From the NCBI GenBank assembly GCA_963836185.1, contig CAWIIQ010000001.1, forward strand, positions 2,080,001-2,144,000: 64,000 nucleotides of DNA. Direction: 5' to 3'. The stretch comes from Candidatus Krumholzibacteriia bacterium. Lineage in GTDB: Bacteria; Krumholzibacteriota; Krumholzibacteriia; Krumholzibacteriales; Krumholzibacteriaceae. The position numbers and the translations under genes are program-made. Positions 1 to 12,121 of the stretch are shown here, piece by piece (the first letter of the stretch is position 1; each line of letters opens with the position of its first letter). The notes beneath the pieces are model-generated. The model saw only the letters and a list, made by a program, of their open reading frames with translations, did no database searches and had not been told where the DNA came from.

Positions 1-1
1 C

Positions 2-1726
2 TTACTCGTGGCTGTAGAAAAGGATGATGTCTTTGCCCGGATAATTGACATCGTCGAGCACGGGGAACGGCGCGTAGATCCCCATGTCGTCCTCGGTGAA
101 CATTGTCCGCATCCAGGTATAGTCTATAGCACTCGGCTCGCGAGCGCTGATCCACGGCACCGTCCCGGATGCATATGCCCACATGCCCGAAGTCAGGTCA
201 ACGACGATAAGAGATGACCAGGAATCGACCTCACTCTTGCCCTTGCGGACCAGCCTGAACGAGATCTGCGGTTCAGCGAGATTGTGGTTCCAGTTCACCC
301 CGTATATACCGTCAGTCGAAAGCTCTTTCACAAAAACGGGATTCGGATTGACGGCTCCCCCCGCGGAGACGAGATAAATACCCATATCGTTCACGGCGGC
401 AAGCTGGGATCCGTCGGGAGCCCATGTGAATTCCGTCACATTTTCGATGCCGTTCACGACCGCGACTACTTCACTGGCGTAATCGAAGAAGACGATCTCT
501 CCGAGTGAGATGAACGAAAGGAAATCCGACGCGGGATTCCACTCGAATACCGTATTCTCGCTTACCGATACTCCGGCCTGCTCGAATATTCCGGTGCTTT
601 GATCGACCATCAACGCGCGGCGCTGAAGAGTGTCGGGAGCTCCACCGACCATGGGGATGAGACAGGGCTCGAAAACGCCTGTCGTATCGACGTAGTACAG
701 GATATTGTCCTCTGAGGGCGTGAACATCGGCATAATGTTCTGGAAGTAGCGATATTTCCAGTACGAGTTCGACCCGGAGATCACTAACGCCGAATCGAGA
801 CTCGTGGTCACGGTATACCAGGAACCTCCGCCGGCCAGCTCATCCCAGTAGACGATATTGAAGAGATCCTTTGTCCCGTCACCAGCCATGCCGGCAAACT
901 GATATCTCCAGACTGCCTTGCTCCCGTACTGATTCGTCTTGGGATACCTGTGCTGATTCTTTCTGAAGATCCCTGACCCACCAGGATCGGAGCTGGCGTT
1001 AGTCGGGTTGGCGAACTGCAGGGGGAACTTCCATACATTCATCCTCTGCTGCCTTATCCCCAGGTAATACGCGGTAACGAAGGATCCGTATATCGCTGAA
1101 GCGCCGGTCGAGTAATCAAACTCGTATGACCCCCCATCAGTATCTTCTCCAGTATCAGTGAACTTTGTGATGCTGCCACCGGTCATCTTGAATATCGCCC
1201 AGCCAATGAAGTTATTGTTTCTCGGCCCGTAATTCCCTTCTTCAGCCGCGAAATAAAAAGCATTGTCAATGATCTTCGGCCATACACTCGCTTTTTTCCC
1301 TGTATCGATATACTCGAACTCCCTTACCATGATCAGGGAGATCGAAGTATCAGGTGCGGCGTCGGTCAGACTGGCGACACACCTGATCGGGTATGCGCCG
1401 TATTCCATTGGAGCGACCCAACGCACCGTTATTCCCTGGTCCTCGACGAGTTCTCCGTCTTCGGAGGTCCACCTGTATGCCGCCCAGTTGCCGCACCCTT
1501 CGCCCGTGGCCTGAACAGTCAGCACGGTCGTATCCCCCGGGGTCGGAGTGAGTGGATTGGAGATGATGATATTGGTCGTGACAGACGGGTCGCAAGCCGA
1601 TCCGACATCTACCGGATCATCCTCGCAACCGCTCAGGACCATTAACGAAGTCGTAATGCTGAGAACGAAAATCCATGCCGACAGTCTCTTCCACCGCTTC
1701 AAATCGAACCTCCAGGTCTGTCTCAT
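2..1726 (-). CDS. Lipoprotein with N-terminal Ig/PKD-like domain and C-terminal TolB-like beta-propeller
   Basis: 574-aa ORF; lipobox VLSG-C followed by acidic EDD; PKD-like 'YRWTSEDG...VRWVAP'; propeller motif 'FTWAPDGSQLA'. Confidence 0.6.
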   Translation of the reverse strand: MRQTWRFDLKRWKRLSAWIFVLSITTSLMVLSGCEDDPVDVGSACDPSVTTNIIISNPLTPTPGDTTVLTVQATGEGCGNWAAYRWTSEDGELVEDQGITVRWVAPMEYGAYPIRCVASLTDAAPDTSISLIMVREFEYIDTGKKASVWPKIIDNAFYFAAEEGNYGPRNNNFIGWAIFKMTGGSITKFTDTGEDTDGGSYEFDYSTGASAIYGSFVTAYYLGIRQQRMNVWKFPLQFANPTNASSDPGGSGIFRKNQHRYPKTNQYGSKAVWRYQFAGMAGDGTKDLFNIVYWDELAGGGSWYTVTTSLDSALVISGSNSYWKYRYFQNIMPMFTPSEDNILYYVDTTGVFEPCLIPMVGGAPDTLQRRALMVDQSTGIFEQAGVSVSENTVFEWNPASDFLSFISLGEIVFFDYASEVVAVVNGIENVTEFTWAPDGSQLAAVNDMGIYLVSAGGAVNPNPVFVKELSTDGIYGVNWNHNLAEPQISFRLVRKGKSEVDSWSSLIVVDLTSGMWAYASGTVPWISAREPSAIDYTWMRTMFTEDDMGIYAPFPVLDDVNYPGKDIILFYSHE

Positions 1727-1850
1727 TTACTTTCAATCTTTCCACGGCAGAGCGGAGCCGCGGGGAAAAAATCCATGATGCGATATATCTTTGTGTACCT
1801 GAGTTAAAATATGAATGTACGGAGTCAAATTCAAGCGAATTCTAGCAGAA

Positions 1851-1882
1851 GGGGCGCCTCGGCCATACGGCCGTGGCGCCCC
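1851..1882 (-). terminator. Probable intrinsic terminator of groESL
   Basis: GC-rich hairpin GGGGCGCCACGGCC-GTAT-GGCCGAGGCGCCCC just after the groEL stop; U-tract is weak (TTCT). Confidence 0.6.
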
Positions 1883-1905
1883 GTAAAGAGCAAGATGGCG
1901 GAAAC

Positions 1906-3567
<1,662 letters not shown>

Positions 3568-3855
3568 CTAGAGGACAGCGAGGATATCGCTTTCCCTCAA
3601 TATGAGATACTCTTTGTCGTTTACTGTGATCTCGGTCCCCGAATACTTGCCGTAAAGGACCTTGTCGCCCTTCTTCACTTCGAGAGGGATCCTCTCGCCG
3701 GTCGTCTCGTTGAGACGGCCCTTTCCTACGGCTATGATCTCGCCCTCCTGGGGCTTTTCCTTCGCGGTATCGGGGATGATGATCCCGCCCTTCTTGACCT
3801 CGATCGGATCCATCGGCTTAACGATAACCCTGTCAGCCAGAGGAGTGATCTTCAT
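3568..3855 (-). CDS. groS: Co-chaperonin GroES
   Basis: [27 protein letters not shown] motifs; directly upstream of groEL; AGGAGG RBS. Confidence 0.99.
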   Translation of the reverse strand: MKITPLADRVIVKPMDPIEVKKGGIIIPDTAKEKPQEGEIIAVGKGRLNETTGERIPLEVKKGDKVLYGKYSGTEITVNDKEYLILRESDILAVL

Positions 3856-3910
3856 CTCGACCTCCTTTTTTGTGTTACAAGAAACCTGTTAGTTATTTAT
3901 TAACCACCTG

Positions 3911-3937
3911 TTAGCACTCGATATATCCGAGTGCCAA
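3911..3937. promoter_or_regulatory. CIRCE element (HrcA operator)
   Basis: TTAGCACTC-N9-GAGTGCCAA, one mismatch to the consensus TTAGCACTC-N9-GAGTGCTAA, upstream of groES. Confidence 0.95.
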
Positions 3938-3948
3938 AATGAGCCAGT

Positions 3949-3977
3949 AATATACTCCCAAGCGGACATTTTATCAA
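3949..3977 (-). promoter_or_regulatory. sigma70-type promoter of groESL
   Basis: TTGATA-N17-TATATT on the minus strand, immediately upstream of CIRCE. Confidence 0.7.
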
Positions 3978-4014
3978 GAGAAAATTTGCGGGATTCTGGA
4001 CGTAGTATGTGTGT

Positions 4015-4761
4015 CTATCCGAACTGCCTGTTATACAGGCAGTTAAGGCCCTCCAGCACGAGGTCGGGAACAATGACGGGGCTGGGATGGAACAAATGCC
4101 GCAGCATCGAGATCACCCCGCCCGTAAGAAATATCTCGGGGTCCGCATCATGAAAGCAGGAGTATGAGTGGCTAACGAGACTCTTTATGCCGGCCTGGTA
4201 GACGGTAGCCACACCGGACCATATCGCCGATTCGGTGTCATATCCGGGAGGATCGAAATCATCCGGGAAATCTTCATCGACCGGTATCAGCGGCAGGGCC
4301 GAGGTCCTCTCACTCAGCGAGCGGAGCATCATCTCCAGACCGGGCATGATCGCTCCCCCCTTGAAGACACCTCCCATAAGGCTGTCAACCGTTACAGCCG
4401 AGCCGGCATCGACGATCACGGCATCCGTCACACCGCGCTCCATGACGGCAGCCACGGCGCAGAGCCTGTCCGGACCGGCGGTCTCGGGCTTCAATATTCC
4501 AAGCTCGAACGGCCAGGGCGAATCGTACGCGGCGAACACTATTCTCTCTACGCCCGCGGATTTCAGTGTATCCCTGCAGAGGCCGTTCCACTCACGGACA
4601 ACACTTGAAATCACCACACCTTCCGGATCCGAATCAGACACCCAGGCCCTGATATCCTCCGCGGTACCCTCGGCCCTCCAGTGCGTGACGATCCTCCCGT
4701 CCTCGATCAATGATCCCTTGAGCGAGTTGTTCCCCCTGTCCATGGCCAGCACCCTGCTCAT
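4015..4761 (-). CDS. coaX: Type III pantothenate kinase
   Basis: DRGNNSLK, GPDR, IVDAGSAVTVD, GGAIMPG, FLTGG motifs; follows birA. Confidence 0.92.
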   Translation of the reverse strand: MSRVLAMDRGNNSLKGSLIEDGRIVTHWRAEGTAEDIRAWVSDSDPEGVVISSVVREWNGLCRDTLKSAGVERIVFAAYDSPWPFELGILKPETAGPDRLCAVAAVMERGVTDAVIVDAGSAVTVDSLMGGVFKGGAIMPGLEMMLRSLSERTSALPLIPVDEDFPDDFDPPGYDTESAIWSGVATVYQAGIKSLVSHSYSCFHDADPEIFLTGGVISMLRHLFHPSPVIVPDLVLEGLNCLYNRQFG

Positions 4762-5543
4762 AGCTCTGCTTCCTTCCGGAGTGAGACGTCGCCCGAAGAG
4801 TATACCCTCTCTCCCTCTTCCGTTTCCAGCCTGAGAAACCCGTCAGCCGTGACCCCGGCGATGCTGCCGCTGATCTTCTCTCCCCCGGCATCGAGGGTGA
4901 CCACCTCACCCTTCCACAGCATACGGCTCTCCATCTCGAAGCTCATCGGGCCGAAACCGTCCCTCTCCCAGATCTCGTAGCTCGAAGTGAATTCCCTGAG
5001 AAGGCCGGCGAGCAGCTCTCCCCTGTCGAATCTCCTGCCCGTTATCATCCTCAGTGAGACGGCCGTATCGGCCAGTGCGCCAGGAAAAGAGCCCTCGCTG
5101 TCGTTGACGTCGAGCCCCATCCCGATCACTACGCTCTCTCCCTTCGACTCGGCCAGTATCCCGGCGATCTTCCTGCCGCCGATCCAGATGTCGTTCGGCC
5201 ACTTTATCATCGCGCCGTCGCAGATTCCGTCGAGCGTTCTGAGTGTGGAGAGAGCAAGAAGGGCCGTCAGTGTCTCGGAGCTTCGCGCTGGCCTCAGTAT
5301 CACCGAGAAGACGAGAGAGCCACCCTCGCTCGAGTACCAGTCACGGCCTTTCCTTCCGCGCCCCGCGGTCTGCTCCGCCGCGACGATTACGGTGCCTTCG
5401 CGGGCTCCAGCTTCGGCGATCCGGGAGGCGGCCGAATTCGTCGAATCGACCGACTCGAAACAGATCACGGTGTGGCCTATCCTCTCGCCCCCAAGGAGCT
5501 TCGCTATCGCGGCTGGGTGCAGGTCCATGATACCAGTATTCAT
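4758..5543 (-). CDS. birA: Biotin--protein ligase without N-terminal HTH
   Basis: DSTN, QTAGRGRKGRDW, KWPND, KIAGIL motifs; start moved to ATG 5543, which overlaps the nadC stop (ATGA). Confidence 0.95.
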   Translation of the reverse strand: MNTGIMDLHPAAIAKLLGGERIGHTVICFESVDSTNSAASRIAEAGAREGTVIVAAEQTAGRGRKGRDWYSSEGGSLVFSVILRPARSSETLTALLALSTLRTLDGICDGAMIKWPNDIWIGGRKIAGILAESKGESVVIGMGLDVNDSEGSFPGALADTAVSLRMITGRRFDRGELLAGLLREFTSSYEIWERDGFGPMSFEMESRMLWKGEVVTLDAGGEKISGSIAGVTADGFLRLETEEGERVYSSGDVSLRKEAEL

Positions 5544-6388
5544 ACACTCGTCTCTTCCACGAGGAGCGACATGTCGAGAGAGGGCGCGGAAGCGGTGATC
5601 GAACCAGTCGATAAAAAGTCCACTCCCTCGATCGCGTACTCGCCGACATTCTCCAGTGTGATCCCCCCCGACACCTCTATCTCTGGTATACGCTCCCAAG
5701 TCCGGACGGCGGCGACAGCCTCGCGGATCCGCCCGGGGGTGAAATTATCCAGCATTACCCTGGCCGGCGGCATCGTGGAGAGAGCCTGAAGTTCACCGAG
5801 GTCGCGCACCTCTATTTCGCATCCGGCGAGGAATTCCCCCAGCCTCTCGAGGGCCGCTTCGATGCCCCCCGCGGCTGCGATATGGTTCTCTTTGACGAGT
5901 ATGTACGACGCGAGGTCATGACGGTGGTTCTGACCCCCGCCGTGAGAGACCGCCATCTTCTCGACCGCACGCATCCCCGGCGTCGTCTTTCTCGTATCGA
6001 GTATGCGCACGCCCGCAGCCGAGACCTTCTCGACGAACGATGCCGTCAGCGTCGCTATCCCCGAGAGATGGCAGAGGAAATTCAGCGCGGTGCGCTCACC
6101 TGAGAGGATCTGTCCGAGCGGCCCGGAAAGACGAGCTACCAGCGTTCCGGGAGTGACGGCACAGCCGTCGGGTACGGAAGGCTCCCAGGACACATCTCCG
6201 CCCAGCTGGCGGAAGACCTCGGCCGCGCATTCCTGGCCGGATATGATCCCCGTTCCCTTCGATATGATACCCGCCCTGCCCGCAAGCGAATCCGGGACGA
6301 GAAGCCTCGTCGTAGCGTCCGCCGCTGCCTCGTCCTCAGCGAGAGCCGCCGCTACGCTTCGTTCGATCTCCTGCCTGAGTCCTTCCAC
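5540..6388 (-). CDS. nadC: Nicotinate-nucleotide diphosphorylase (quinolinate phosphoribosyltransferase)
   Basis: [31 protein letters not shown] motifs. Confidence 0.96.
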   Translation of the reverse strand: MEGLRQEIERSVAAALAEDEAAADATTRLLVPDSLAGRAGIISKGTGIISGQECAAEVFRQLGGDVSWEPSVPDGCAVTPGTLVARLSGPLGQILSGERTALNFLCHLSGIATLTASFVEKVSAAGVRILDTRKTTPGMRAVEKMAVSHGGGQNHRHDLASYILVKENHIAAAGGIEAALERLGEFLAGCEIEVRDLGELQALSTMPPARVMLDNFTPGRIREAVAAVRTWERIPEIEVSGGITLENVGEYAIEGVDFLSTGSITASAPSLDMSLLVEETSV

Positions 6389-8391
6389 TCCCTCTCCTCC
6401 TGCTCGTGTTCATCCTTATCTCCTCTATCCTGTCCCTGAGGCTGGCCGCCTTCTCGAAGTTCAGAGCCTCCGCCTCGCGAAGCATATCCTTCTCGAGGCT
6501 CGCGATCAGCCTCGGATCGTCGTTTCCATCTGGCAGCAGGACCTCATCCGCTCCTTCCCTGACCATCCCCGCTATTCCCTTGGCGTCAGCCACGGATGTC
6601 GTCAGCCGCACCTCCTCGATCGACTTTACGATCGATCGGGGCGTTATACCGTGCTCGAGATTGTACTCTATCTGTTTTTCCCTGCGCCTGTTCGTCTCGT
6701 CGATCGCTCTCGCCATCGATCCGGTGACACGGTCAGCGTAGAATATCACCTTGCCGTTTATATTTCTCGCGGCTCTCCCGGCCGTCTGGATCAGGGAGGT
6801 CCGGGACCTTAGGAAGCCCTCCTTGTCGGCATCGAGAACGGCGACAAGAGTCACTTCAGGCAGATCGAGCCCTTCCCTGAGCAGGTTTATCCCGACCAGG
6901 ACGTCGAATTCACCGTACCTCAGGTCCCTCAGTATCTCTACGCGATCGAGAGCGTCGATGTCGCTGTGCAGGTATCTCACCTTGACTTCGAGCCCGGACA
7001 GGTACGTCGTCAGGTCCTCCGACATCCTTTTGGTAAGTGTCGTTACCAGGGCCCTCTCTCCGCGTTCGACCGTCTTCCTTATCTCCGAGAGAAGGTCGTC
7101 AACCTGTCCAGTCACTGGCCTCACGTCGATAACCGGGTCGATCAAGGCCAGTCGGGCGGACTATCTGCTCTACCACCTCTCCTCCGCATCTTCCCAGCTC
7201 GAAATCACCCGGCGTAGCGGAGACATATATGAAATTGTCAATGATCGACTCGAACTCGTCATAGGTCAGCGGCCTGTTGTCGAGAGCCGACGGGAGCCTG
7301 AAGCCGTGCTCGACGAGAGTCCGTTTGCGGCTCCTGTCCCCGTTGTACATCGCCCCTATCTGGGGGACCGTCACGTGCGACTCATCTATCACTACGAGGA
7401 AATCGCCGAGGAAATAGTCGATAAGGGTAGCCGGCCTCTCACCCTGTTTTCTCCCCGCGAAATATCTCGAGTAGTTCTCTATCCCGGTACAGTAACCGAC
7501 CTCCTTCATCATCTCGATGTCATAGGTCGTCCTCGTGAGCAGCCTCCTGGCCTCGAGGTCCAGCCCCGCCCTCTTGAGATCCGCTATACCTTTTGTCAGG
7601 TCCTTCTCTATAGCTCCGATCGCCTTGTCTATCCCTTCCTGCGAGACTACGAAATGCGACGAGGGGTAGACGGTGAGCGTCGGGACCTCCCTGAGGATCT
7701 CCCCGGTAAGCGGGTGGACGACGGTGATCCTCTCGATCTCGTCGTCGAACATCTCGATCCTTATGGCCTCTTCCATATATGCCGGGCGGAGCTCGATCGT
7801 ATCTCCCCTTACCCTGAAGGTGCCTCTCGCGAAATCGATGTCGTTCCTCGAGTATCTGAGCTTGACGAGTTTTCTGAGCAGGTCGTCCCTGCTGTATTCC
7901 TTCCCCGATTCCACACTGAATGTCATCCGCCGGAACTCCTCCGGCGAACCGAGCCCGTATATGCAGGAAACGCTCGCCACGACTATCACGTCGCGCCTTG
8001 TCATGAGCGACCCTGTCGCGCGCAGCCTCATCCGGTCGATGTCCTCGTTGATAGAGACATCCTTCTCTATATACGTGTCAGTGGAGGGGATAAACGCCTC
8101 GGGCTGGTAATAGTCGTAATAGCTGATAAAATATTCGACCGCGTTATTCGGAAAGAACGACCGCAGCTCGCCGTAGAGCTGGGCCGCCAGCGTCTTGTTG
8201 TGCGAGATGATAAGGGCCGGCCTCTCGCACTTCGCTATTACATTGGCGATCGTGAAGGTCTTGCCGGAGCCCGTGACGCCGAGGAGTGTCTGGTGCTTCG
8301 CCCCCTCGTCGATCCCGGCGAGGAGCTGCTCAACGGCCTGGGGCTGGTCGCCGGTGAGATCGAATTCCGATTCGAGCTGGAAAAGAGACAT
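6336..8391 (-). CDS. uvrB: Excinuclease ABC subunit B, split by one frameshift near 7145
   Basis: [22 protein letters not shown] in 7099..8391; [18 protein letters not shown] and UVR domain in 6336..7145; conserved RPTGL-IDP is broken by one extra base. Confidence 0.95.
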
Positions 8392-8403
8392 CGCGCCGTC
8401 CGG

Positions 8404-9354
8404 TCACCTGTCACGGGATATGGTTATGTCGCGGGGCAGCCTGCCCTCGACGATCGGCACTTCGTAAGGCCTCCCGTCGAGTTCTATGGTGAAGCCCTCG
8501 GTCTTTCCGATCTTCCTTATGTAAAAAGATTCGTTAGAGGTGAAGACCCTCCACTCACCCGCCTCGAGGATGAAATCGTCCTCCACCGTGACCAGTCCGG
8601 TGTCGGTCTGATTGTAGATTATCAGGTCGAACCAGATCCTCTCCTCAGCCGTTATGCGGAGACTCATCTCTCCCGCGGCTGGGGGGTCCGCCTCAGACTC
8701 CTGTCGCGGGCGGGCGGGCGGCTGCTGTTCCCGCACGACTTCATCTACCGGGACATCAGCGGAATCATCCACCGGGACCTCTGCCTCAACGGTCTCTCCG
8801 CCCGGATCAGTGCCGGCCTCCTGTCCCGCTTCGGTCTTTGCCGGCACGGGATCGGCACTCTCTTCATTTCCGCCGAAGACCTTCCAGAGGATGATGATCG
8901 CCGCGACGAGCAGTATGACGGGGACCACGAACTTCCTGACCAGGTGAGGAGAGTCGAGTTTCTCTTCCACGACCTCTTCCTCTATCTCCCAGAGATCCCC
9001 CTTGCTCTTGTGCGTCTGCCCCGTCTGGACCTCGTATTTATTGATGAGCTGCGCCGGATCGAGGCCGAGAATCTGGCCGTATGCCTTCAGGAAACCGGTC
9101 GCGTAGACCTTCGCGGGGATCGCCTCGAAGTTATCCGTCTCGAGGTACTGCAGGGTGCCTACCGGGATCTTCGACTCCTGGCTGATCGATTCCAGGGTCA
9201 GCCCCTTTATCTCGCGGGCGGCCAGGAGCAGCTCTCCGACCGTCTCCTCGCCCCCGAGTTCCACCTGTTCAGGCTCCGGGACGCCGCCTGTCACTTCCGG
9301 CCCATCACCGGGCAATTCCAGCTGGCCGCCGGGCTTTTCATTCTCTTCCGTCAA
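8404..9354 (-). CDS. rodZ: RodZ-like protein (HTH_25 + TM helix + DUF4115-like domain)
   Basis: 'GELLLAAREIKGLTLE...GFLKAYGQILGLD' HTH, a single TM helix, acidic linker and C-terminal beta domain. Confidence 0.75.
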   Translation of the reverse strand: MTEENEKPGGQLELPGDGPEVTGGVPEPEQVELGGEETVGELLLAAREIKGLTLESISQESKIPVGTLQYLETDNFEAIPAKVYATGFLKAYGQILGLDPAQLINKYEVQTGQTHKSKGDLWEIEEEVVEEKLDSPHLVRKFVVPVILLVAAIIILWKVFGGNEESADPVPAKTEAGQEAGTDPGGETVEAEVPVDDSADVPVDEVVREQQPPARPRQESEADPPAAGEMSLRITAEERIWFDLIIYNQTDTGLVTVEDDFILEAGEWRVFTSNESFYIRKIGKTEGFTIELDGRPYEVPIVEGRLPRDITISRDR

Positions 9355-12047
9355 CCGAGGTCCTCCAGAATCCTTTCCAGCCTCTTCCTGCGGTCCTCCA
9401 TCTCCCCGAACCTCTCCTTCTCCCTGTCCACGACATCCGCCGGCGCCCGCTGGATGAATTTTTCGTCTTCGAGCCGTTTACCTATCTTACCGCATTCCAG
9501 GGCGAGTTTCTCTATTTCCTTTCCGAGGCGCTCCTTTTCCGCTCCGATATCGACGATGCCTCCAAGCGGCAGGTAGATCTCGAGGCGGGACAGGCCGGCC
9601 GCGGCGCTTCCCGCAGGCTTGGCCGCTCCATCGGCAACCGTCAGCTCGCTGATCCCCGCCATCAGCATGATCTGGCTCTCGAACCTTCCTATGCTGGCTG
9701 AGAGACCTTTCCCTTCCTCCGTATTGATCACTACCGTGACCTTCTGCGTATGCGGCATATTGAAACTCTGCCTGAGATTTCTCGTGGCTGTCACTATCTC
9801 CATCATCAATGAGACGTCTGCATCGAGCACCGTGTCGCGCATCCCGGCGGGCATCCCCTTGAAGGAGAATCCTGCCAGAAGGGAAGGCTCCGGTGAGAGC
9901 ATGCTCCATATCTCCTCGCTAATAAAGGGCATTATCGGGTGGAGCATCAGCATCGAGGCGCCGAGTACGGTCCTCGCCGTCAGGGCAGCGCCCCTCGCCC
10001 TCTCGCCTCCGCCGCGAAGAGCTGGTTTCGAGAACTCGAGGTACCAGTCACAGAACTCGTGCCAGAAGAATTCGTATATCGTCTTCGAGGCCTCATCGAA
10101 CCTGTACGAATCGAGCGCCGCAGAGTATTCCTCCATCCTGGCGGCCAGCCTGCTGGCGATCCACTCGTCCTCCCAGCCCGCCTCGAAGCTTCCCGAAGGC
10201 CGCTCTCCGTACAGTATCTCGAACAGACCGGTCAGGCGGTGGCTCTCACCTCCGGTCTCTTCCTGGCCGAAGAGGGTCTCGCCCTCCTCCTGCGACAGCA
10301 CGAACCTAGCCGCGTTCCATATCTTGTTGGCGAAATGCTTCCCGACATCGACCTTCTTCTCGTCGAAGAGAAGGTCCTGCCCCGGGGGCGACAGCATCAT
10401 AAGCGAGAACCTGAAGGCATCCGCCCCGTGAGTGTCGATGATGTCGACCATGTCGGGCGAATTGCCGAGCGACTTGCTCATCTTGCGGCCCTGCGTGTCC
10501 CTCACTATCCCCGTGATATATACATCGGAAAATGGTATCTCGCCGCGGAACTCGAGCGAGGCCATTACCATCCTCGCGACCCAGAAGAAGATGATGTCCC
10601 CGCCCGTGACGAGGACGTCTGTCGGATGGAACTTCTTCAGGTCGGCCGTCTCATCCGGCCAGCCCATCGGGGAGAATGTCCAGAGCCATGAGGAGAACCA
10701 GGTGTCGAGGACGTCATCGTCCTGTCTTATCTCCTTCGATCCGCACCCGGTGCACTCCGGCGGATCGTCACGCGAGACGATCTCGATCCCGCAGGCGTCG
10801 CAATACCAGACCGGGATCCTGTGCCCCCACCAGAGCTGCCGCGAAATGCACCAGTCCCTGATATTCTCCATCCAGCTGAGGTAGATGTTCTTCCATCTCT
10901 CGGGGTAAAAGACCGTCTCGCCTTTCCTGACGACATCGATCGCGGGAGCGGCGAGGCTGTCCATCTTCAGGAACCACTGCTTCGATACGTAAGGCTCTAT
11001 CACCTTGCCGCACCGGTCATGATGCCCGACGGCATGGCGGTAATCCTCTATCTCCTTTAGAAGGCCCTGCTTTTTCAACTCGTCGAGGACCCTGTCGCGT
11101 GCCTCGAATATGTCTAGGCCGGCGTAAGGGCCCGCTTTGTCGTTCATGACGCCGCTTGAATCGATCACGACGAACGGATCGAACCCGTGCCTGAGGCCGA
11201 TCTCGAAATCGGTCGCGTCGTGCGCCGGTGTGACCTTTAGGAATCCCGTGCCGAACTCAGGATCTACCGCTTCATCGAGGATGATCGGGATCTCGCGTCC
11301 GGTCAGCGGGAGGCGGACCATCTTACCCTCGAGCTCCTTCGCCTTCTCGTGCTCCGGGCTCATCGCGACGGCGACATCGCCGAGCATCGTCTCGGGCCTT
11401 GTCGTGCCTACAACGACCTCCCCGCTGCCGTCGGCGAACGGGTAGGCTATATACCAGAGTTTCGAGTCTTCCTCGCGGAATTCGACTTCCTCATCGCTTA
11501 TCGCGGTCCCGCAGTTGGGGCACCAGTTGACTATATACCTTCCGCGATAAATCAGCCCCTTCTCGTGGAGGCGGACGAAGATCTCCCGCACCGCCTTCGA
11601 GACCCCCGGATCGAGAGTGAACGCCTCTCGTGACCAGTCGAGCGAAGCGCCGAGGCGGCCGAGCTGCCCGACTATCCTGCCGTGATATTTTTCCTTCCAG
11701 CTCCAGCATTCCTCGAGGAACTTCTCCCTGCCCAGTTCTACTCTCGTAGTCCCTTTTTCTGCGAGGGAGCGTTCAACGACATTCTGCGTAGCTATACCGG
11801 CATGATCTGTCCCGCTGAGCCAGAGGACCTCGTTTCCGCTGATCCTCTTCCACCTGCAAAGGATATCCTGGACGGTCGTACCGAGCGCGTGCCCGACGGT
11901 AAGCATCCCCGTAACATTGGGAGGCGGGAGTATTATGCTGTATCCGGGGGCGTCCGAGGCATCATCGGCGGTAAATACACCTGCGTCCGACCATGCCTCA
12001 CTCCATTTATTCTCAATATCACCTGGCTTGTAAACCTTCTCGAGCAT
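9351..12047 (-). CDS. valS: Valine--tRNA ligase
   Basis: PPPNVTG, DHAGIATQ, WCISRQLWWGH, KMSKS, C-terminal coiled coil; start set at MLEKVY behind an AAGGAG RBS. Confidence 0.98.
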   Translation of the reverse strand: MLEKVYKPGDIENKWSEAWSDAGVFTADDASDAPGYSIILPPPNVTGMLTVGHALGTTVQDILCRWKRISGNEVLWLSGTDHAGIATQNVVERSLAEKGTTRVELGREKFLEECWSWKEKYHGRIVGQLGRLGASLDWSREAFTLDPGVSKAVREIFVRLHEKGLIYRGRYIVNWCPNCGTAISDEEVEFREEDSKLWYIAYPFADGSGEVVVGTTRPETMLGDVAVAMSPEHEKAKELEGKMVRLPLTGREIPIILDEAVDPEFGTGFLKVTPAHDATDFEIGLRHGFDPFVVIDSSGVMNDKAGPYAGLDIFEARDRVLDELKKQGLLKEIEDYRHAVGHHDRCGKVIEPYVSKQWFLKMDSLAAPAIDVVRKGETVFYPERWKNIYLSWMENIRDWCISRQLWWGHRIPVWYCDACGIEIVSRDDPPECTGCGSKEIRQDDDVLDTWFSSWLWTFSPMGWPDETADLKKFHPTDVLVTGGDIIFFWVARMVMASLEFRGEIPFSDVYITGIVRDTQGRKMSKSLGNSPDMVDIIDTHGADAFRFSLMMLSPPGQDLLFDEKKVDVGKHFANKIWNAARFVLSQEEGETLFGQEETGGESHRLTGLFEILYGERPSGSFEAGWEDEWIASRLAARMEEYSAALDSYRFDEASKTIYEFFWHEFCDWYLEFSKPALRGGGERARGAALTARTVLGASMLMLHPIMPFISEEIWSMLSPEPSLLAGFSFKGMPAGMRDTVLDADVSLMMEIVTATRNLRQSFNMPHTQKVTVVINTEEGKGLSASIGRFESQIMLMAGISELTVADGAAKPAGSAAAGLSRLEIYLPLGGIVDIGAEKERLGKEIEKLALECGKIGKRLEDEKFIQRAPADVVDREKERFGEMEDRRKRLERILEDLG

Positions 12048-12090
12048 TCTCTCTCCTTGCCGTGCGGCCTGATGTCCTCGGGAATATGAC

Positions 12091-12119
12091 AATCTAACAC
12101 AGCTTACGGCACCGGTCAA
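12091..12119 (-). promoter_or_regulatory. sigma70-type promoter of the valS operon
   Basis: TTGACC-N17-TAGATT on the minus strand. Confidence 0.55.
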
Positions 12120-12121
12120 TA

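Noticed and set aside
7099-7160. Programmed frameshift or split uvrB
   Set aside because: No slippery sequence; a single extra base in a conserved motif, in a contig with many similar indels
6751-9576. 941-aa plus-strand ORF antisense to uvrB/rodZ/valS
   Set aside because: Antisense shadow of conserved genes with no protein-like motifs
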